NCBI GenBank assembly: GCA_964536205.1
Contig: CAZHVT010000003.1
Span: 12,271 to 72,897 of the forward strand
Length of the DNA stretch: 60,627 nucleotides
Reading direction: 5' to 3'
Origin: an uncultured Gammaproteobacteria bacterium
GTDB taxonomy: Bacteria; Patescibacteriota; Patescibacteriia; Magasanikbacterales; GCA-002688135
A program made the position numbers and the translations under genes. The notes under the pieces were generated by a model. That model was not told where the DNA came from. It worked only from the letters and a program-made list of their open reading frames with translations, and ran no database searches. Position 1 is the stretch's first letter, and every line of letters begins with the position of its first letter. Shown in pieces: positions 55,438 to 60,627 of this stretch.

Positions 55438-57162
55438 ATGTCATCCGACCCACAAATACAACAGATCAAGGAAAAACTCGATTTAGTCGAGCTTATCTCC
55501 GAGTACGTGCAACTCAACCGGTCTGGAAACTATTTTAAAGCACGGTGCCCTTTTCATCAAGAGAAGACGCCGAGTTTTATGGTTTCGCCAGATCGGGATC
55601 GGTGGCATTGTTTTGGGTGTTCTGAAGGTGGAGATGGTTTTACGTTTTTGCAGAAGATAGAAGGATTGGATTTTCCTGAGGCACTTTCGGCGTTGGCGCA
55701 GAGAACGGGAGTTGTTTTGAAGAAGCGATCCCCGCAGGATAAGAAACAGCATGATGCATTGCAGCGAGTGTATAATTGTTTGTTTGATGCAGCGCAGGTG
55801 TATCAGACTATTTTGCGGGACGCAGATGGCGCGCAGGAAGCGCGTGCATATGTGGAATCTCGTGGGGTGACTGGTGAGACACAAGCTGCGTTTATGGTGG
55901 GTTTTGCGCCGGAGAAATGGGATGTGTTGTATAAAACACTTTCAAAGCGTGGGTATGATGTTTCAGATTTATTGCAGGCTGGTTTGGTGATAAAAGGTGA
56001 TCGGGGATATTATGATCGATTTCGTGATCGGATTATGTTTCCAATTTTTGATCATCATGGGCGGGTGGCTGGATTTACAGGAAGGATGTTGCATAATACA
56101 CAAAAGGGCGGGAAGTATGTGAATACCCCGCAAACCCCTGTGTTTGATAAAAGCCGTTTGTTGTATGGATTGGATCGCGCTGCGCAATCAATTCGCAAGG
56201 TGGGGGAGGCGATTATTGTTGAGGGGCAAATGGATGTGATTGCATCGCATCAAGCGGGGATTCAAAATACTGTTGCATCTTCTGGAACAGCTTTGGGGGA
56301 GGCTCAATTAAAATTGTTGAAACGTTATGCAACGAAATTGAAGATGGCGTTTGATACAGACGAGGCGGGGCAAAAGGCGGCGCGTCGGGGAATTGAGTTG
56401 GCTTTATCGTTAGGATTTGAAGTTTTTGTTATTGAATTGAAAAGTGAAGATGGAAAAGATCCTGATGATTGTATTTCTAAAAGCGTTGATGTGTGGAAAC
56501 AGCGGGTTGATGAAGCGATTCCATTTGTTGCGTGGGCGATCAATATGGCGGTTGCGAATTTTGATATTTCAAGTGCGCGTGGAAAGAAATTAGCTTCTGA
56601 CGATGTAATGGGATTGATTGTGACATTGCCTTCGGCGATCGAGCAGGATCATTGGATGCGATCACTTTCTAGTCGATTATCTATTGATTTGGATGTATTG
56701 CGTAGTGAGTATGGAAGTAAGGTTTCCAAAAAAGTGCCAGTTCAGAAGCAAAAAGTAGAGAAACGGCAGTCGGGGAAGAAAAATCCGTTTGTATTGCTTT
56801 TGGCTTTGTTTATTAGGTTAGATTTAGATAAAGCGTTGCTGGATGAGTTTGATGAGCAATGTTATCCACAGGCATATCATCCACTTGTTAATTTTGTGAA
56901 AACAGGATATACTGATGACACTACAATTGAAATTAGCAATGTTTTGTTGATGCGCGTCGAGTTGGCGTATCCATCATTTTCAACTGAACAGCTTCATGAT
57001 GAGTTTTCTCGCGTGAAATCATATTGTTCGCAACAGTTACTCCAACGACGAATTGCAAGCATTGCACATCATATACGCGACGCGGAAGCGCGTGGCGATA
57101 ACGATCGGGTCGCTCAATTGCTAGAAGTGTATACATCACTTCGTCAAAAAAGCGGGGCGTAG
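55438..57162 (+). CDS. dnaG: DNA primase
   Basis: CPFHQEKTPSF..CFGC zinc-binding motif, TOPRIM (EGQMDV..D.D). Confidence 0.9.
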   Translation: MSSDPQIQQIKEKLDLVELISEYVQLNRSGNYFKARCPFHQEKTPSFMVSPDRDRWHCFGCSEGGDGFTFLQKIEGLDFPEALSALAQRTGVVLKKRSPQDKKQHDALQRVYNCLFDAAQVYQTILRDADGAQEARAYVESRGVTGETQAAFMVGFAPEKWDVLYKTLSKRGYDVSDLLQAGLVIKGDRGYYDRFRDRIMFPIFDHHGRVAGFTGRMLHNTQKGGKYVNTPQTPVFDKSRLLYGLDRAAQSIRKVGEAIIVEGQMDVIASHQAGIQNTVASSGTALGEAQLKLLKRYATKLKMAFDTDEAGQKAARRGIELALSLGFEVFVIELKSEDGKDPDDCISKSVDVWKQRVDEAIPFVAWAINMAVANFDISSARGKKLASDDVMGLIVTLPSAIEQDHWMRSLSSRLSIDLDVLRSEYGSKVSKKVPVQKQKVEKRQSGKKNPFVLLLALFIRLDLDKALLDEFDEQCYPQAYHPLVNFVKTGYTDDTTIEISNVLLMRVELAYPSFSTEQLHDEFSRVKSYCSQQLLQRRIASIAHHIRDAEARGDNDRVAQLLEVYTSLRQKSGA

Positions 57163-57244
57163 ACCCTTCATGCGAATCAACACATAAGGAATTCTTTGAG
57201 CTTTTAGGCTCGAATTTTTGTGTTTAATTTTGAAATTCCATTTT

Positions 57245-58615
57245 ATGCCGGCAAAAAAAGCATCAACAAAAAAGAAAACAAAAGCAAAGACAGCTGTTGA
57301 ACTTGCTAAAAAGAAATTAAAAAAGCTTGTTGCGAAGACTGCTAAAGCAACAAAAACTAAAAAAACCACCAAGGCTAAGAAGGAGGTTAAGAAGGTTGTA
57401 AAGAAAGCTGTAAAAAAAGCTCCTGCAAAAAAGTTGTCACGTAGAGCTTTGGCAGCCACAACAAAATCTAAAGTTGTAAAAAAACCAAAGGCAAAAAAAG
57501 CTCCACGTAAAAAAGTGAAGTATGTTAAAGCTGATCCGCCTTCTGAAGAACGATTGTCACGATTGTTTAATAAGGCAATGAAGCGTGGATTTATCACAGA
57601 AAATGAAGTGATGGTGACGTTTCCTGATATTGAGGATTATTTGATGGTGTATGAGGTCTTTTTGAATCATCTAGAAAAAGAAGGTTTGCAGTTGGTTGAG
57701 ATGCGAGAACAGTTGTTGGGAGGGAAGGAGCGTCAGCAGGAATTGTTAGAAGAATTGCATCTTACTCAAAAGGCGTATGAGGTTCCAGATTTGTCCGCGG
57801 ATTCTATTCAGATGTATTTGCGAGAGATTGGGAAAATTCCTTTGTTGACTGGTGAGCAGGAGGTTGCGCTAGCGAAACGAAAAGAAAAAGGAGATCGAGA
57901 AGCGGAAAAGGGTTTGATCGAAGCGAATTTGCGTTTGGTAGTTTCGATTGCGAAAAAATTTGTGGGAAAACAATTGACTTTGCTGGATTTAATTCAGGAG
58001 GGGAATATTGGATTGTTTCGAGCGGTGAAGAAGTTTGAGTATCGAAAGGGGTATAAATTTTCAACGTATGCGACGTGGTGGATCCGACAGGCGATTACGC
58101 GAGCTTTAGCGGATCAATCTCGTACAATTCGTATTCCGGTGCATATGGTTGAGACGATCAATAAGTTTCAGCAGATTTCTCGCCAACTTATTCAAGATTT
58201 GGGACGTGAGCCTACGCCGGAGGAAGTTGCGGCTGAAATGAATCAGGAATTGTATAAAGTGAAACATATCATCAAGATTTCGCAGGAAACGGTTTCTTTG
58301 GAGACTTCTGTTGGTGATGATGAGGAAGATTCATCGCTTCAGGATTTCATTAAGGATGTGAAATCGGTGACGCCCGATCGTGCAGCTGGATTACAATTAT
58401 TGAAAGATTATGTGCATAATGTGATTTCTGAATTAACTCCTCGTGAACAAAAGATTTTAGAAATGCGGTTTGGTTTGATTGATGGGGTGGGGCATACTCT
58501 TGAGGAGGTTGGTCGTGAGTTTAATGTGACACGTGAGCGTATTCGTCAGATTGAAGCGAAGGCGTTGGAGAAGATGCAGAAGATGGAGGGGATTGAGAAG
58601 TTGAGAGATTACTAA
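57245..58615 (+). CDS. rpoD: RNA polymerase sigma-70 factor with about 95-aa Lys/Ala-rich N-terminal tail
   Basis: Regions 2-4 ([14 protein letters not shown].., [21 protein letters not shown]). Confidence 0.9.
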   Translation: MPAKKASTKKKTKAKTAVELAKKKLKKLVAKTAKATKTKKTTKAKKEVKKVVKKAVKKAPAKKLSRRALAATTKSKVVKKPKAKKAPRKKVKYVKADPPSEERLSRLFNKAMKRGFITENEVMVTFPDIEDYLMVYEVFLNHLEKEGLQLVEMREQLLGGKERQQELLEELHLTQKAYEVPDLSADSIQMYLREIGKIPLLTGEQEVALAKRKEKGDREAEKGLIEANLRLVVSIAKKFVGKQLTLLDLIQEGNIGLFRAVKKFEYRKGYKFSTYATWWIRQAITRALADQSRTIRIPVHMVETINKFQQISRQLIQDLGREPTPEEVAAEMNQELYKVKHIIKISQETVSLETSVGDDEEDSSLQDFIKDVKSVTPDRAAGLQLLKDYVHNVISELTPREQKILEMRFGLIDGVGHTLEEVGREFNVTRERIRQIEAKALEKMQKMEGIEKLRDY

Positions 58616-58616
58616 T

Positions 58617-58814
58617 ATGGCTCGATTACCGACGATTCCTGAGATTAAAATATTTTTCAAGCTGTATATTCCTTTGTTGGGGGTGTTTGCTTTGTTTTAT
58701 TTTTTTCATCCTTCGTTTTCAGTGGATGATTTTTTTGCGTTTGCATTGTTTGGCGCAGCCTTTTTGATGATTGGTGTTCGGATTGTTTTTAGTGTTAGAG
58801 GTTTGTTTAGATGA
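58617..58814 (+). CDS. Small membrane protein (65 aa)
   Basis: Hydrophobic. Confidence 0.3.
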   Translation: MARLPTIPEIKIFFKLYIPLLGVFALFYFFHPSFSVDDFFAFALFGAAFLMIGVRIVFSVRGLFR

Positions 58815-58891
58815 GGTGGTTTGGTTTTAGGTATACCTGTATTTTGGATTGTGTTATAATATTAGACTAATATTTGTGATTAACTCACGTT

Positions 58892-60376
58892 ATGTTTAAA
58901 AAGAAACAAGAAGGGGGGGCGGCGAAACCTGCTCCTGCAGCACCTGCGCCGGCAGCTCCAACTGGAGTTGGGATTGCAACGCGTGTTGGTATGTCTACTG
59001 GCGTAAAGGTGTTGATTGGGGTTTTGGTGAGTGTGTTTATTGTTGGTGGAGGGATTGCTGCGTTCATGTTTTTTCGTGTGCCGCCACATCAACCACAGGA
59101 TCCGCAGACATTCTTGTTTCAATCATTTGAACAATTGATTTTGGCTGATGATGTGAGATTTACTTTGGCAGCTCCTGGGGAAACATTGGCTGCGTTGGCT
59201 GGTGATAATGCGGAGGCTGTAGATGAGCTTGGTGTGAAGCCCGCAGATTATACTTTGGGATTGACGCTCGATTTGGTTCAGGTTGATGAGAAGCGTATGG
59301 ATGCTGGCATGATGTTGAGTTTATTACCAAAATCTGGTGAAACTGGTTTTGAGTTGAATACGCGCCTTGTAGATGAGGATTTATATTTTCAATTGGCTCG
59401 TTTGAATTTTCCTGCGATTCCGTTTGCTTTAGATACAATATTGGGAAAATGGGTTGATTTGAATTTTGATGAAGTACAAGAAGAGATCAATTCTTTATTG
59501 GGAACAACAACAGATGAAGAGTCATTGAATCCAGAAGATTATGTGTATCCAGATGTGAAAAAGACGCTTGAGCGTGTGCGGGATATTTATTTGGCGGCGC
59601 CTGCGCTGGATTTGACGTTAGTTGCAGAAGATCAAAATACCGGTTTGGTGACATTGCAAGTAGAATCGAATGATCAGACGAAGGCGTTTATTGTTGATGC
59701 TATTGTTGAGGCATATGTAACATATTTGGAGGCAGTTGATGTTGCGATTAAAGAGAAGGATGCAGTTGGAGAAACAAAGCAGGTTACTGCATTGAAGAAC
59801 TATAAATCGACGTTAGTAGATGAAAATGGTGCGAAAGGAGAATTATTAAGAGTAGAGTTAGATCGTGAGATTGATTTGGATGATTCGTATGGACCAGATT
59901 CTCCATTGGTTGATGTGCAGACAATGTTGACATTGAATGTGAATACTGGACATTTAACACAGATTAAATATGTGTTGGTGTTTAAGGATGGAGTTGTTCG
60001 TCCGCCAATTGTTGGAATGTGGGGTGGATATAATGCGGGGAATGTCATTCAGCGGCCGATAGGTGCGATGTCCGTAGAAGAGTTTTTTGAACTTATTGAA
60101 GAGATGTTTGATGGCGGTGAAGAGGAGGTTATTGAGTCTGATGTTGAATTTGATGTTGTAACTCCTTCGGTTGATACGGATGGCGATGCGTTGAGTGATT
60201 TTGATGAGATGAATATTCATAAGACGGATATCAATAAAGTTGATACTGATGGTGATGCATTGGATGATTTTCTTGAGGTGAATATCTATAAGACTGATCC
60301 GTTGAATGCAGATACAGATGGCGATGGTTTTGCAGATGGAGTTGAGGTTGAAAATGGATATAATCCGTTGAAGTAG
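58892..60376 (+). CDS. Membrane-anchored hypothetical protein with C-terminal thrombospondin-type-3-like Ca-binding repeats (DTDGDALSDFDE x3)
   Basis: N-terminal Ala/Pro-rich segment + TM; three DxDxDG repeats at the C-terminus. Confidence 0.5.
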   Translation: MFKKKQEGGAAKPAPAAPAPAAPTGVGIATRVGMSTGVKVLIGVLVSVFIVGGGIAAFMFFRVPPHQPQDPQTFLFQSFEQLILADDVRFTLAAPGETLAALAGDNAEAVDELGVKPADYTLGLTLDLVQVDEKRMDAGMMLSLLPKSGETGFELNTRLVDEDLYFQLARLNFPAIPFALDTILGKWVDLNFDEVQEEINSLLGTTTDEESLNPEDYVYPDVKKTLERVRDIYLAAPALDLTLVAEDQNTGLVTLQVESNDQTKAFIVDAIVEAYVTYLEAVDVAIKEKDAVGETKQVTALKNYKSTLVDENGAKGELLRVELDREIDLDDSYGPDSPLVDVQTMLTLNVNTGHLTQIKYVLVFKDGVVRPPIVGMWGGYNAGNVIQRPIGAMSVEEFFELIEEMFDGGEEEVIESDVEFDVVTPSVDTDGDALSDFDEMNIHKTDINKVDTDGDALDDFLEVNIYKTDPLNADTDGDGFADGVEVENGYNPLK

Positions 60377-60385
60377 TTGGGGTTT

Positions 60386-60494
60386 TCATCCCGAGCGAAG
60401 TCGAGGGATCTCACAAAAAAAGCCTCGGCCTCGCCGGGGTTTTTGAAAACATCACCAACTCGTCATCCTGAGCGTTTTAGTCGAAGGATCTCGA
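60386..60494. repeat. Two GTCATCC-family repeats (60386-60412 and 60462-60494) flanking a terminator-like hairpin + T5 (60414-60445)
   Basis: TTCATCCCGAGCGAAGTCGAGGGATCTC ; GTCATCCTGAGCGTTTTAGTCGAAGGATCTCGAG. Confidence 0.65.
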
Positions 60495-60565
60495 GAGTTA
60501 CTGTATGTTTGACTTTTATGCAGGTGTGACGTATTATTGTCTCGTTCTATAACAATCTTAATTAA

Positions 60566-60627
60566 TCCGAGGTAGCTCAGTGGTAGAGCAGTTGACTGTG
60601 AGATAAACGCAGCTTCCGTCTGTAAAG
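60566..60627 (+). tRNA. Partial tRNA at the window edge; D-arm TAGCTCAGTGGTAGAGC; anticodon loop reads CTGTGAG (GUG, His) but the 3' half of the anticodon stem is replaced by non-pairing sequence (possible intron or interruption)
   Basis: Direct read; truncated by the window end. Confidence 0.4.

Noticed and set aside
57136-57597. 153-aa minus-strand ORF antisense to the rpoD N-terminal tail
   Set aside because: Phe-rich complement of the Lys-rich (AAA/AAG) coding repeats

Overview
This 60.6-kb AT-rich window looks like a contiguous piece of a small-genome bacterial chromosome with a Patescibacteria/CPR-like gene content. That placement is an inference, not a database result. The core genes are clear: class I ribonucleotide reductase nrdA/nrdB, dnaX, dnaG, rpoD, ligA, gatCA, cysS, lgt, uppP and a rluB-like pseudouridine synthase. 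Two type IV pilus clusters are present: pilM + receiver domain + pilin + pilD, and a second with a propeller repeat protein, four pilin-like genes, a PilM/N-like gene and pilT. I also found three complete tRNAs and one partial tRNA. The most unusual region is the first ~5.4 kb. It is a minus-strand island holding a shortened major vault protein (MVP) homolog and three paralogous Zn-finger/coiled-coil small proteins. A conserved ~58-75 bp composite element (GC hairpin + ATCTGA..TCAGAT palindrome) separates most of these genes: six copies in two subtypes. The rest of the window carries a dispersed family of short GTCATCC-type palindromic repeats. One copy sits in frame inside dnaX. TAAACGC/TAGCGAT hairpin repeats abut the start codons of pilus genes that lack Shine-Dalgarno sequences. 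A related GTAATGAGTAAAG inverted-repeat motif lies upstream of both dnaX and dnaG. Other items worth a look are a Cas4/RecB-like Fe-S nuclease next to a 1166-aa unknown protein, a membrane-anchored TraG/HerA-like ATPase, a NUDIX gene inserted between nrdA and nrdB, and a tRNA-Ser 3'-end duplication. All calls come from reading the sequence and ORF translations; no searches were run.
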